A DNA stretch of 64,000 bases from Macrostomum lignano. Taxonomy: Eukaryota. This document shows positions 39,201 through 52,700 of this stretch, in pieces; the stretch's first letter is position 1; every line of letters begins with the position of its first letter. The notes below the pieces were generated by a model that saw only the letters and a program-made list of their open reading frames with translations, was not told the DNA's origin and ran no database searches. The stretch spans positions 248,001 to 312,000 of the forward strand of contig NIVC01000126.1 of NCBI GenBank assembly GCA_002269645.1, given 5' to 3'. The position numbers were made by a program, and so were the translations under genes.

Positions 39201-42200
39201 GGAGAGAGCAGAGAGGAAAGAAGAGAGAAGAGAGAAGAGGGGAGAGAGAAGAGAGAAAAGGGAGAGAGAGAGAAGAGAGGAGAGAGAAGAGGGAGAGAGA
39301 AGAGGGAGAGAGAAGAGAGAGAAGAGAGCTGAGAAGAGACACAAGCCTTAAACGGGCCGGATTGCTATTGTGAAGTTACAAAAGACCCCGAGGGCCGGAT
39401 GGCGAGGGATGGAGAGGAGCGCGTTGCCGGATGCCCGCTCTAACTGGTGATAGCCATGCCCATAAGCGCAGTGTGCATGCAGTGCATTCAGCTCAGCCCA
39501 GCCAGGGGTATAAAAATGGGCCAAAATGTACACTTGGTTTCGTATATTGGCCCAGGCAAACTAATCGCCCATGGCGCGTAGCAGGTTGTTTAGACTCTTT
39601 CAGTGAGGGTAATATAGGGCGGCCGATGCGATGGGCTGGGAAGAGGCAGAGTCAGAAGTACTATTAATTCTAGCCAAAGGCTTGTATATAATATAATATA
39701 CTTGTTCAATAGAGCCTGCTGCTGCTGCTTCTACATATGTGTGTTGAAGACAAACGCAAGGCCATTACTGCAGCTATTTGGATCAGAAACAGAAGCGATC
39801 CTCAATAGATAGGGACGAGAGGACGCCAGGGCAGAGGGTTGACGGTGAAGAGGTCCGAAAACGGTTCACACAGACAGATGGTAGGCAACTGGAGGAGGGG
39901 GCTCTGCGCAGTTGTAGAAGCTGGGAAAGTGTTGATTTTTTAAAAAACTGCCGCTAGATGGGAATTCAGCTCGATTTGGGAAACCTTTTTCGATTGAAGA
40001 TAAAATACATGTACATTTCATTGGCGTCAGATGAGCTTCATTGAACTGTGTCAGGATGTACTGTTGGGGGATGTCAGGTGAGCTTCATTGAACTGTGTCA
40101 GGATGTACTGTAGGGGATGTCAGGTGAGCTTCATTGAACTGTGTCAGGATGTACTGTTGGGGGATGTCAGGTGAGCTTCATTGAACTGTGTCAGGATGTA
40201 CTGTTGGGGGATGTCAGGTGAGCTTCATTGAACTGTGTCAGGATGTACTGTTGGGGTGTCAGATGAGCTTCATTGAAGTGTGTCAAGATGTACTGTTGGG
40301 GTGTCAGGTGAGCTTCATTGAACTGTGTCAGGATGAACTGTTGGGGGATGTCAGGTGCGCTTCATTGAACTGTGTCAGGATGTACTGTAGGGGGATGTCA
40401 GGTGAGCTTCATTGAAGTGTGTCAGGATGTACTGTTGGGGGATGTCAGGTGAGCTTCATTGAACTGTGTCAGGATGCACTGCTGGGGTGTCAGGTGAGCT
40501 TCATTGAACTGTGTCAGGATGCACTGCTGGGGTGTCAGGTGAGCTTCATTGAACTGTGTCAGGATGCACTGCTGGGGTGTCAGGTGAGCTTCATTGAACT
40601 GTGTCAGGATGCACTGCTGGGGTGTCAGGTGAGCTTCATTGAACTGTGTCAGGATGCACTATTGGGGTGTCAGGTGAGCTTCATTGAACTGTGTCAGGAT
40701 GCACTGCTGGGGTGTCAGATGAGCTTCATTGAAGTGTGTCAGGATGTACTGTTGGGGTGTCAGATGAGCTTCATTGAAGTGTGTCAGGATGTACTGTAGG
40801 GGGATGTCAGGTGAGCTTCATTGAAGTGTGTCAGGATGTACTGTAGGGGGATGTCAGGTGAGCTTCATTGAAGTGTGTCAGGATGTACTGTTGGGGTGTC
40901 AGATGAGCTTCATTGAACTGTGTCAGGATGTACTGTAGGGGGATGTCAGGTGAGCTTCATTGAACTGTGTCAGGATGTACTGTTGGGGGATGTCAGGTGA
41001 GCTTCATTGAACTGTGTCAGGATGTACTGTTGGGGGATGTCAGGTGAGCTTCATTGAAGTGTGTCAGGATGTACTGTTGGGGTGTCAGATGAGCTTCATT
41101 GAAGTGTGTCAAGATGTACTGTTGGGGTGTCAGGTGAGCTTCATTGAACTGTGTCAGGATGCACTGTTGGGGGATGTCAGGTGCGCTTCATTGAACTGTG
41201 TCAGGATGTACTGTAGGGGGATGTCAGGTGAGCTTCATTGAAGTGTGTCAGGATGTACTGTAGGGGGATGTCAGGTGAGCTTCATTGAACTGTGTCAGGA
41301 TGCACTGCTGGGGTGTCAGGTGAGCTTCATTGAACTGTGTCAGGATGCACTGCTGGGGTGTCAGGTGAGCTTCATTGAACTGTGTCAGGATGCACTGCTG
41401 GGGTGTCAGGTGAGCTTCATTGAACTGTGTCAGGATGCACTGCTGGGGTGTCAGGTGAGCTTCATTGAACTGTGTCAGGATGCACTATTGGGGTGTCAGG
41501 TGAGCTTCATTGAACTGTGTCAGGATGCACTGCTGGGGTGTCAGATGAGCTTCATTGAAGTGTGTCAGGATGTACTGTTGGGGTGTCAGATGAGCTTCAT
41601 TGAAGTGTGTCAGGATGTACTGTAGGGGGATGTCAGGTGAGCTTCATTGAAGTGTGTCAGGATGTACTGTAGGGGGATGTCAGGTGAGCTTCATTGAAGT
41701 GTGTCAGGATGTACTGTTGGGGTGTCAGATGAGCTTCATTGAACTGTGTCAGGATGTACTGTAGGGGGATGTCAGGTGAGCTTCATTGAAGTGTGTCAGG
41801 ATGTACTGTTGGGGTGTCAGATGAGCTTCATTGAAGTGTGTCAGGATGTACTGTTGGGGTGTCAGGTGAGCTTCATTGAACTGTGTCAGGATGCACTGCT
41901 GGGGTGTCAGATGAGCTTCATTGAACTGTCAGGATGTACTATTGGGGTGTCAGGTGAGATTCATTGAATGAACTATCAGGATGTTGGTGTCAGGTCACGT
42001 CAATGTCTCACCTTCGCTGTTACTGTTGCCATGGAAGATGAACTTCCTAGCTTCATCGCTATCCTCAGAATCGATTAGCCAGCCGCTATCGTTGCCACCC
42101 GGTCGGATCAGTGAACGACAACCGGTCAGCCGCAGCACCAGAGTGAGCTGCCTCTCGCCCAGGTGAACCCTCTCCGCCGCCGGTGCAACTTCGACCAGCT

Positions 42201-42360
42201 CGCTAGATAAGACACTCCGACAGCTGTAGTTGCCATGACCGGCTAAGTTTAACACAGTTCGCATTAATAATTGTCGACTACGGTGATCCAACTGTTCGGC
42301 AGATCCGATTGATAATAGGATTATTGGCAATATCGAAAATAACGATCGCCATAAATGCAT
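30296..42360 (-). CDS. Uncharacterised single-pass membrane protein (signal peptide, ~100-aa ectodomain, TM, long low-complexity tail)
   Basis: Exon 42360-42012 ([21 protein letters not shown].., phase 1) joins 36450-36348 ([26 protein letters not shown], phase 2); then 33732-33446 (duplicated at 32184-31890, both with indels), 31540-31394 (duplicate 33096-32950) and 30715-30296. The frame through the duplicated exon cannot be fixed from this assembly. Confidence 0.55.
31060..31345. repeat. 26-bp repeat (CTCTATGACCGACAGTAGAAACCAGC)
   Basis: Tandem units; repeated at 32740-32900. Confidence 0.85.
32479..32739. other. Assembly gap (261 N) flanked by a duplicated ~1.3-kb block
   Basis: 31182-32478 recurs from 32740 to ~34050 with many 1-bp indels. 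Confidence 0.95.
33780..34955. repeat. 21-bp minisatellite (TTCCCAAATCCCAATTCCAGC) degenerating rightwards
   Basis: Source of the PNPNSSF / FGKLELG / WNWDLGS ORFs. Confidence 0.93.
35420..36245. repeat. TG-rich minisatellite (TTGTTGTTTTCAGTGTTTTCT..)
   Basis: Tandem units; gives the hydrophobic pseudo-ORFs. Confidence 0.9.
37398..37538 (+). mobile_element. Diverged, truncated copy of CORE-SINE family B
   Basis: TTTGTGTCTTAGAGCAAGACATTTAACTCT..GTAAAATGAGTGCCAGC..GGACTGAACAGCCGTACG matches 59336-59465. Confidence 0.75.
38760..39340. repeat. GA-rich low-complexity repeat
   Basis: (GAGAGAAGAGGG)-like units. Confidence 0.92.
40025..41970. repeat. 41/43-bp satellite with an 826-bp higher-order duplication
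   Basis: Unit GTCAGGTGAGCTTCATTGAACTGTGTCAGGATGTACTGTTGGGG(GA)T; ORF pairs 40188/41014 and 40419/41245 are offset by 826. Confidence 0.95.
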
Positions 42361-42867
42361 GCTTTGTTTCGCAATAATTATTGAAATCTGTGAAGGAGAA
42401 ATGGCAGATTAACAAATAGAACTAGCTAACGAAACCAGCGAGCATGAGGCATGTCCTTTTAATACACTGCATACAGACTGTTCGGTTCGTGGTCCAATAG
42501 GGGGCAACACCTAGGAAAGGGAATTATTGGCCGTCGCATGGAGTACCATAGACGTGTAATCTGGATAGGGACTCCGACTCGTGGAGTACGTAGAATTAAG
42601 ATCTAGATGGTACGAGGGGTGTCCCAGAAGTAGTGTCACTTTTGCTTGCTTCCACGGGTGTTTATGTGTGTTAAGAAATCATATGCCTTATAAGTTAGCG
42701 GCTTATTTTAGCTTTCATGCCATGAAAGTCCGATTTTTATAGGTGCTTCCTGCTGTAAGCAGCATGCATTTGTTCGCATACCCTTAGCCATAGAAATACA
42801 CACCACATAGTGCTTCTATGCTCACTCAGAAGAAAGCCACAAGTAGAGCTGATCAAGCACAAAGTTG

Positions 42868-42909
<42 letters not shown>

Positions 42910-43224
42910 GACTAAGTAACTAACTAACTAACTGACTAACTAACTAACTAACTGACTAACTAACTAACTAACTAACTAACTGACTAACTGACTAATTAAA
43001 TAACTGACTAACTAACTGACTAACTAAATAACTGACTAACTAACTGACTGACTAACTAACTAACTGACTAACTAACTAACTAACTAACTGACTAACTAAC
43101 TAACTAACTGGCTAACTAACTGACTGACTAACTAACTAACTGATTAACTAACTAACTAGCTAACTAAGTAAGTAAGTAACTAACTAACTAACTGACTAAC
43201 TAACTAACTAACTGACTAACTAGT
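42868..43224. repeat. (AACT)n microsatellite
   Basis: AACT/GACT run. Confidence 0.95.
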
Positions 43225-43777
43225 TAATTTTTGCTTTCAACTCTCTACGAAAAAAATGAATCACTGGTGCATTCCTTTACAATATTATCGAGCAACAGTA
43301 TCTGAGCAAGGGCAGACCTATAGTTGCCCAAGCTTCTTAGCCCTGCACTGTCTGTCCAACCTCATGGATGCTTCACTGTATCATTATTCTTTTTGTTTCG
43401 CACCTTAATAGCTTTGATAATATACTGTGCATGCTAGCTGTAGATAAAGCCGTTGCTTTGATCCTATCGGATTAATATCATTTTGGTAAATAGTCCATTC
43501 TGCGTGGGCGCAAACCAAATTCGAATATATAAGCTTACCTGTTAGTTGCACGATGCAGGTAAAATAATGATGGAGAAGTTGACAAGAGAGATGCTGAATT
43601 CCAATTTCTTTCTGATTACTTAGATAGCCTATGGTGTTCTGCTAGATAAGCTAAATATGGTTTTTGCACATGTACTTAGTGAACTCGATTTGTGTGGGGG
43701 TTCCCGGGAATTCTGTAGTATAGCACCTGTATTTTTTGTGCCAGTCACCTCTAAGCTCTTTTTTGGGTGGTGCCATA

Positions 43778-44285
43778 TCGAGCGCCTATTAGTTATGATT
43801 TAGAGGAACTAACGCCATATCTAGCCCCTATTAGTTATGATTTAGAGGAACTGGCGCCATATCTAGCCCCTATTAGTTATGATTTGAGGAACTAACCTCA
43901 TATCTAGCGCCTATTAGTTATGATTTATAGGAACTAACGCCATATCTAGCGCCTATTAGTTATGATTTAAAGGAACTGGCGCCATATCTAGCGCCTATTA
44001 GTTATGATTTAAAGGAACTGGCGCCATATCTAGCGCCTATTAGTTATGATTTAGAGGAACTGGCGCCATATCGAGCGCCTATTAGTTATGATTTAAAGGA
44101 ACTGGCGCCATATCTAGCGCCTATTAGTTATGATTTAGAGGAACTGGCGCCATATCGAGCGCCTATTAGTTATGATTTAGAGGAGCTGGCGCCATATCTA
44201 GCGCTTGAACTTATGAATTGAGGAAACTGGTGCCATATCTAGCGCTTGTATTTATGATTTAGAGAAACTGGCGCCATATATAGCA
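43778..44285. repeat. 42-bp minisatellite (GCGCCATATCTAGCGCCTATTAGTTATGATTTAGAGGAACTG)
   Basis: About 12 units. Confidence 0.92.
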
Positions 44286-44784
44286 CCCTAGCTGTTGTTA
44301 AATTAGAGAGGCTGGTGCCTACAAAATAATTCTCAATTATTTTGTGTGGCCTAATCCCTCGACATGAAATATAGCCATACGTATATATTAGCACAAACTT
44401 ACTGTATTGATCAAGAGTTCTCTTAATCGCGTGATGAAAATCGATCTTACAGAGTGCACGTATATCTATACCGAGTGCCAATCCTTAATTATGCTCGAGC
44501 AAAGAGCTGAGAGAGCAGATAGGGATCATAGGGTCTGACAAGCATACATTATTTATCTCGCTTTCTGAAGTCCGAGATATTGATCTATTTCCCGAGCTTA
44601 TCGATCTGTGCGTCTTCGGTTTCATTGCTTCATTTTCTAATCAAAAAACCCTATAGAAATATTATATAAGAACAAGCACGCAATGGTATCGGATACTTGT
44701 GCTAAATTAGTATACAGTATATATAATATTTTGTATTTAATTAGGAGCAGAGATAATTACATCCGATGCGGTTGGCGGGAAGGA

Positions 44785-45390
44785 TTGAGGTGGGTGACTA
44801 CGGGGGGGGTTTAAACATGCTATGGGGTTGGGGGCAGGGAGTGAGGTGGGTGATTGGGGGTGTTCAACATGCTATGGGCTGGGGGCAGGGAGTGAGATGG
44901 GTGACTGGGGGGGGTTAAACATGCTATGGGGCTGGGGCAGGGAGTGAGGTGGGTGATTGGGGGTGTTCAACATGCTATGGGCTGGGGGCAGGGAGTGAGA
45001 TGGGTGACTGGGGGGGGTTAAACATGCTATGGGGCTGGGCAGGGAGTGAGGTGGGTGATTGGGGTGTTCAACATGCTATGGGCTGGGGGCAGGGAGTGAG
45101 ATGGGTGACTGGGGGGGGGTTAAACATGCTATGGGGCTGGGGCAGGGAGTGAGGTGGGTGATTGGGGGTGTTCAACATGCTATGGGCTGGGGGCAGGGAG
45201 TGAGTTGGGTGACTGGGGGGGGGTTAAACATTCTATGGGACTGGGGCAGGGAGTGAGGTGGGTGATTGGGGATGTTCAACATGCTATGGGCTGGGGGCAG
45301 GGAGTGAGGTGGGTGACTGGGGGGGTTAAACATGCTATGGGGCTGGGGCAGGGAGTGAGGTGGGTGACTGGGGGGTTAAGTATACTATGG
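44785..45390. repeat. G-rich dimeric minisatellite
   Basis: Alternating ~47-49-bp units AACATGCTATGGG..GGGGCAGGGAGTGAG.TGGGTGA. Confidence 0.9.
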
Positions 45391-46209
45391 GATGCTTGAG
45401 AAAATTTTAAAAAGATTTTTTTTGATTAACCTAACGGACACATTGGAATAGGATGCTATAAACTGCAAGAGCAATAAGTCAAGTTATCAATGCTTCACAC
45501 ATTTCCAACAAAGTGTTTGCCCAAGGACACAGCTGTCCATCATATTGGTACATTTGATCTTCTTCATTGGGAAAGGAGTGTAATCATATAAACTGCCTGT
45601 ACATACAGGTACAGGAACTTCATTCGGCATATCGATCCACGAGTGGTTCATAAAAGTAGATATGGATACTTGAAATACAAGCTGTCCTATGATTGTACAG
45701 ATCATTGCAAGGAAATTAGAGTTTTACCTTGTGTAGGTAGCTTTTACTGTTTGACCATTTGCTTGTACTTTAAACACTATATATGATAGGGTGTGAATAT
45801 TTGCAATTTCCAGCTACTATATTAATATATGTTTTGGGCGGAGTCGTGCCACAGCTATTCAAATCAGTTTAGTTGAAGTCAATCAAATTTTTTTTCATAA
45901 CAGCATGAATAGAGCTGGCATTGAGCACCTTTTCTTTGCAAAAGCGCACGAAACCCTTTAAACGAAGAAAAAACTCCTAACTACACTAGTCTGTATGATC
46001 TGCATCGCAACAATATGCCACTTCTATTGTTGTCTGCAGTTTGAATGAGTCAATTTTTTATGACAATATTCTATAACTGCTTTGGATCTAAGTCATCAAT
46101 GTTTTTGGTCACGAAGAAGCCTTGTGACTTTCTGAAGTTAGGGGCATCGATAAAACTACACTCTGGTATTTGTCCGATAGAGTAAGCTTAGATGCCATGC
46201 CAAGGGATG

Positions 46210-47185
46210 TCATGTCATTTGATGGGATGCCATGTCATTTGAGAGGATGTCATAACATTTGATGGGATGCCATGTCATTTGAGGGGATGTCATAACATTT
46301 GATGGGATGCCATGTCATTTGAGAGGATATCACAACATTTGATGGGATGCCATGTCATTGGAGAGGATATCACAACACTTGATGGGATGCCATGCCATTT
46401 GAGAGGATATCACAACATTTGATGGGATGCCATGTCATTTGAGAGGATGTCATAACATTTGATGGGATGCCATGTCACTTGAGGATGTCATAACACTTGA
46501 TGGGAGGCCATGTCATTTGAGAGGATATCACAACATTTGATGGGATGCCATGTCATTTTAGAGGATGTCATAACATTTGATGGGATGCCATGTCATTTGA
46601 GGATGTCATAACACTTGATGGGATGCCATGTCATTTGAGAGGATATCACAACATTTGATGGGATGCCATGTCATTTTAGAGGATGTCATAACATTTGATG
46701 GGATGCCATGTCATTTGAGAGGATATCACAACATTTGATGGGATGCCATGTCATTGGAGAGGATATCACAACACTTGATGGGATGCCATGCCATTTGAGA
46801 GGATATCACAACATTTGATGGGATGCCATGTCATTTGAGAGGATGTCATAACATTTGATGGGATGCCATGTCATTTGAGAGGATGTCATAACATTTGATT
46901 GGATGCCATGTCATTTGATGGGATGCCATGTCATTTGAGAGGATATCACAACATTTGATGGGATGCCATGTCATTTGAGAGGATATCACAACATTTGATG
47001 GGATGCCATGCCATTTGAGAGGATATCACAACATTTGATGGGATGCCATGTCATTTGAGAGGATATCACAACATTTGATGGGATGCCATGTCATTTGAGA
47101 GGATATCACAACATTTGATGGGATGCCATGCCATTTGAGAGGATATCACAACATTTGATGGGATGCCATGTCATTTGAGAGGGGG
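46210..47185. repeat. 40-bp minisatellite (CATTTGATGGGATGCCATGTCATTTGAGAGGATATCACAA)
   Basis: About 24 units. Confidence 0.93.
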
Positions 47186-47847
47186 TGCCATGTCACTTGG
47201 GGGGTTGCCATTTTAAGAGGTTGCCATATCATTCAAGGTTATGGCGGGTCATTTGAAGGGATACTGCTATTATTTTGAAGCTAATAAACATAATTTTCAA
47301 GTTAACTTAATCAGGAGAACTAAGTAGATGTGCATGGACATGCGCATATACCTGTAGGTTGTGTCGGTAAAATCTATTGAAAATAGTCAATGTAAATTAA
47401 ACTCTAAAGCAGCTTGAAGGATAAGACAAGAATTCATGAAAAATAAACTATTTATAAATCAGTCAAAACACAGGTGCTGTTTATGCGGTATCACACTAAA
47501 CAAGTAGACATATAGAAGCCAAGCACACGAAAAGTCGATTTACGCTCGAGCCAGATTATTTTTAGAACTGCAACAAAATCGATAAGCAGATTCAAGATAG
47601 CAGTCGAACGAGAGTTTGAAAGAAAACGGTTAATAGAATCAATTGCTAATTCAGTTGGCACGGGGTCATTGATCGAACGAGCGCGCAAAATGGAACAATT
47701 TTCGATCTTCTTTTTATCTTATCTCAGAGCTTTCGCGGGCTTGAGCTGACAGGTATTGAGTTGTTTAAATGCCTCAACGCGAAGAAGTCTAAATGACAAG
47801 GAGAAGGTTGATTCGCGAAGCAAATTCTCTGGCATCAATTAAACAGC

Positions 47848-48300
47848 ATGGCTGGAAAGTTGAGCACAGACGATCTGGTCCACTACAAGCAGGTGTTCGA
47901 CCTGATTGACACAGACCAGGACGGCTCAATCTCCTCAAAAGAGTTGGGCATGTTGTTTAACAAACTGGGCATCAAGGAGATCGGCCCGGAGTCGCTGGAG
48001 GAGATGATCGAAATGGTGGACAGAGACCGCAATGGGGCCATCGAGTTCCCCGAGTTCCTGACCATGATCAGCCGGTATCGAACTCAGGACGAGGCCAAAG
48101 AGATTCGCGACGTGTTCAACGCGTTCGACACCAACAAGGATGGTCAGATCGATTTTGAAGAGCTCAAATCGATGATGAAGCACATCGGCGAGAATCTGAC
48201 GGACGAAGAGGTCAGACAGATGATCAAAGCCGGCGACATCGATGGCGACGGGCTGATCAACTTTGAGGAGTTCACCCAGCTGATGGGCGGCAAGAAGTGA
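47848..48300 (+). CDS. Calmodulin-like EF-hand protein, 150 aa, intronless
   Basis: Four canonical loops DTDQDGSISSKE, DRDRNGAIEFPE, DTNKDGQIDFEE, DIDGDGLINFEE; IGENLTDEEVRQMIK. Too divergent to be canonical CaM. Confidence 0.93.
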   Translation: MAGKLSTDDLVHYKQVFDLIDTDQDGSISSKELGMLFNKLGIKEIGPESLEEMIEMVDRDRNGAIEFPEFLTMISRYRTQDEAKEIRDVFNAFDTNKDGQIDFEELKSMMKHIGENLTDEEVRQMIKAGDIDGDGLINFEEFTQLMGGKK

Positions 48301-48502
48301 AACTGAACTTGAGGACTCGAAAGATGGACTCGTTTAAAACAAATAATTTATCAAATCAGATCAAATATGTAATAGCATATTAGCATAACATTCTCTTTAA
48401 ATTGACATGATTTTCCTGTGTAAATATACCGGCCTTCAAATATAGATATGAATTAATATTGGCAATCGCCATATTTAGTGCTTTGATGACTACGAGTAAT
48501 AT

Positions 48503-48757
<255 letters not shown>

Positions 48758-49779
48758 CGATTTACCCCCTCGAGGTTGTAGTCTATGGTTAATTTATCAG
48801 GCCAGGCTTCGCCTCGGCCAATAAATGCAGCCCTCAGCCACTCTGTCGACCAAATAAATGAATACATGGGGTGATACCATATACTTATCTATGAATGAAT
48901 GAACTAATCTATCTACCTATCCAGCCAACTCTTCCTATTGTTTTTTAAAAAATGCGCGGACATAAATAGAATTTACTAATAAAAATTATTACACACAAAT
49001 CTTTCTCGAAATTATAACTAAATTCAATGCAAAGCCATCGCACCGAAAGCAGCAAGGTTCAATAAAGAGTATTTTTTATGTAAAATTATTATTTAAAAAA
49101 GTTAACATCACCCCATTTATAGACAATACACAATGTACATACACTACACGCACACGCTAAGCAACTCAGGTTAGGAAAATGACGAATTGACAGACAGCAT
49201 AGAAAAAATCAATAGACACAAAGGAGGCAGAACAGATGATACTAATAATTACGCATCTTACAGTACTAGTAGTAGTTAAGCAGGACAAATACTCAAGCAA
49301 AGAATATAACCGAAAAACCTGATATATACATATTTATTATATCTTCCTAAAACTAGAAGAATTATTAATTAAATATGTTAGCGTTTTTTAGGTTTGAATT
49401 ACTCGTAAATCTCTCAGCTAAATGTATTAATAAATGCTACTATTCGCGATCGAACGAATGAGCCAGTACGAGTGCTGACTGACTGATTCTTATTTAAATA
49501 AATAACTTATAAATAGCAATGAGCAGTAGAGCATCAGACACAAGATAAGACTGCCGTATACAAACTTATTTATTAATTGAACAGGAGGAAATTATTTGAA
49601 ATTGAAATATACATTTACAACATGCCAGACTAATTTATAGCACAAATTTATAAGGAAAACCAATCAAAGGATTAGCAAATTTAAATACAAACTTCAAGGC
49701 AAGGCCATGTTTGTTTTTGCAAATTGAAAGTGGGAATTCGATCTATCAATCAATCAACCAGTTGAAGGTGATGCACTAT

Positions 49780-52700
49780 CTATGCGCAGAACGAAGACGA
49801 AGCAGAGCCGCCAACGGACGAGCCGTCAGAGTTACCGGCAGCTGCGGCAAGTGCTGCGGCCGCGTCTGGGCCCAGGGCATTGTTCTTCCTGGCTAGGCTC
49901 ACGATGAGGTCCTGCGCGATCGGATTTGGGGGGCGTGGAGTTATGGACTTCCTTGTATGGGCCATGGACACCTATCTTAACTGGGCCATGGACACCTATC
50001 TTAACTGGGCCATGGACACCCATCTTAACTGGGCCATGGACACCTATCTTAACTGGGCCATGGACACCTATCTTAACTGGGCCATGGACACCTATCTTAA
50101 CTGGGCCATGGACACCTATCTTAACTGGGCCATGGACACCTATCTTAACTGGGCCATGGACACCTATCTTAACTGGGCCATGGACACCTATCTTAACTGG
50201 GCCATGGACACCTATCTTAACTGGGCCATGGACACCTATCTTAACTGGGCCATGGACACCTATCTTAACTGGGCCATGGACACCTATCTTAACTGGGCCA
50301 TGGACACCTATCTTAACTGGGCCATGGACACCCATCTTAACTGGGCCATGGACACCTATCTTAACTGGGCCATGGACACCTATCTTAACTGGGCCATGGA
50401 CACCCATCTTAACTGGGCCATGGACACCTATCTTAACTGGGCCATGGACACCTATCTTAACTGGGCCATGGACACCTATCTTAACTGGGCCATGGACACC
50501 TATCTTAACTGGGCCATGGACACCTATCTTAACTGGGCCATGGACACCTATCTTAACTGGGCCATGGACACCTATCTTAACTGGGCCATGGACACCTATC
50601 TTAACTGGGCCATGGACACCTATCTTAACTGGGCCATGGACACCTATCTTAACTGGGCCATGGACACCTATCTTAACTGGGCCATGGACACCTATCTTAA
50701 CTGGGCCATGGACACCTATCTTAACTGGGCCATGGACACCTATCTTAACTGGGCCATGGACACCTATCTTAACTGGGCCATGGACACCTATCTTAACTGG
50801 GCCATGGACACCTATCTTAACTGGGCCATGGACACCTATCTTAACTGGGCCATGGAAACCTATCTTAACTGGGCCATGGACACCTATCTTAACTGGGCCA
50901 TGGACACCTATCTTAACTGGGCCATGGACACCTATCTTAACTGGGCCATGGACACCTATCTTAACTGGGCCATGGACACCTATCTTAACTGGGCCATGGA
51001 CACCTATCTTAACTGGGCCATGGACACCCATCTTAACTGGGCCATGGACACCTATCTTAACTGGGCCATGGACACCTATCTTAACTGGGCCATGGACACC
51101 CATCTTAACTGGGCCATGGACACCTATCTTAACTGGGCCATGGACACCTATCTTAACTGGGCCATGGACACCTATCTTAACTGGGCCATGGACACCTATC
51201 TTAACTGGGCCATGGACACCTATCTTAACTGGGCCATGGACACCTATCTTAACTGGGCCATGGACACCTATCTTAACTGGGCCATGGACACCTATCTTAA
51301 CTGGGCCATGGACACCTATCTTAACTGGGCCATGGACACCTATCTTAACTGGGCCATGGACACCTATCTTAACTGGGCCATGGACACCTATCTTAACTGG
51401 GCCATGGACACCTATCTTAACTGGGCCATGGACACCCATCTTAACTGGGCCATGGACACCTATCTTAACTGGGCCATGGACACCTATCTTAACTGGGCCA
51501 TGGACACCCATCTTAACTGGGCCATGGACACCTATCTTAACTGGGCCATGGACACCTATCTTAACTGGGCCATGGACACCTATCTTAACTGGGCCATGGA
51601 CACCTATCTTAACTGGGCCATGGACACCTATCTTAACTGGGCCATGGACACCTATCTTAACTGGGCCATGGACACCTATCTTAACTGGGCCATGGACACC
51701 TATCTTAACTGGGCCATGGACACCTATCTTAACTGGGCCATGGACACCTATCTTAACTGGCCATGGACACCTATCTTAACTGGGCCATGGACACCTATCT
51801 TAACTGGGCCATGGACACCTATCTTAACTGGGCCATGGACACCTATCTTAACTGGGCCATGGACACCTATCTTAACTGGGCCATGGACACCTATCTTAAC
51901 TGGGCCATGGACACCTATCTTAACTGGGCCATGGACACCTATCTTAACTGGGCCATGGACACCTATCTTAACTGGGCCATGGACACCTATCTTAACTGGG
52001 CCATGGACACCTATCTTAACTGGGCCATGGACACCTATCTTAACTGGGCCATGGACACCTATCTTAACTGGGCCATTGACACCTATCTTAACTGGGCCAT
52101 GGACACCTATCTTAACTGGGCCATGGACACCCATCTTAACTGGGCCATGGACACCTATCTTAACTGGGCCATGGACAACTATCTTAACTGGGCCATGGAC
52201 ACCTATCTTAACTGGGCCATGGACACCTATCTTAACTGGGCCATGGACACCTATCTTAACTGGGCCATGGACACCTATCTTAAATTGGCCATGGACACCT
52301 ATCTTAACTGGGCCATTGACACCTATCTTAACTGGGCCATGGACACCTATCTTAAATTGGCCATGGACACCTATCTTAACTGGGCCATGGACAACTATCT
52401 TAACTGGGCCATGGACACCTATCTTAAATTGGCCATGGACACCTATCTTAACTGGGCCATGGACAACTATCTTAACTGGGCCATGGACACCTATCTTAAC
52501 TGGGCCATGGACAACTATCTTAACGGGGCCATGGACACCTATCTTAACTGGGCCATGGACACCTATCTTAACTGGGCCATTGACAACTATCTTAAATTGG
52601 CCATGGACACCTATCTTAACTGGGCCATGGACACCTATCTTAACTTGGCCATTGACAACTATCTTAAATTGGCCATGGACACCTATCTTTACTGGGCCAT

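Noticed and set aside
39350-39420. GGGCCGGAT motifs suggestive of a hAT/MITE end
   Set aside because: Too short, with no TIR partner or TSD found.
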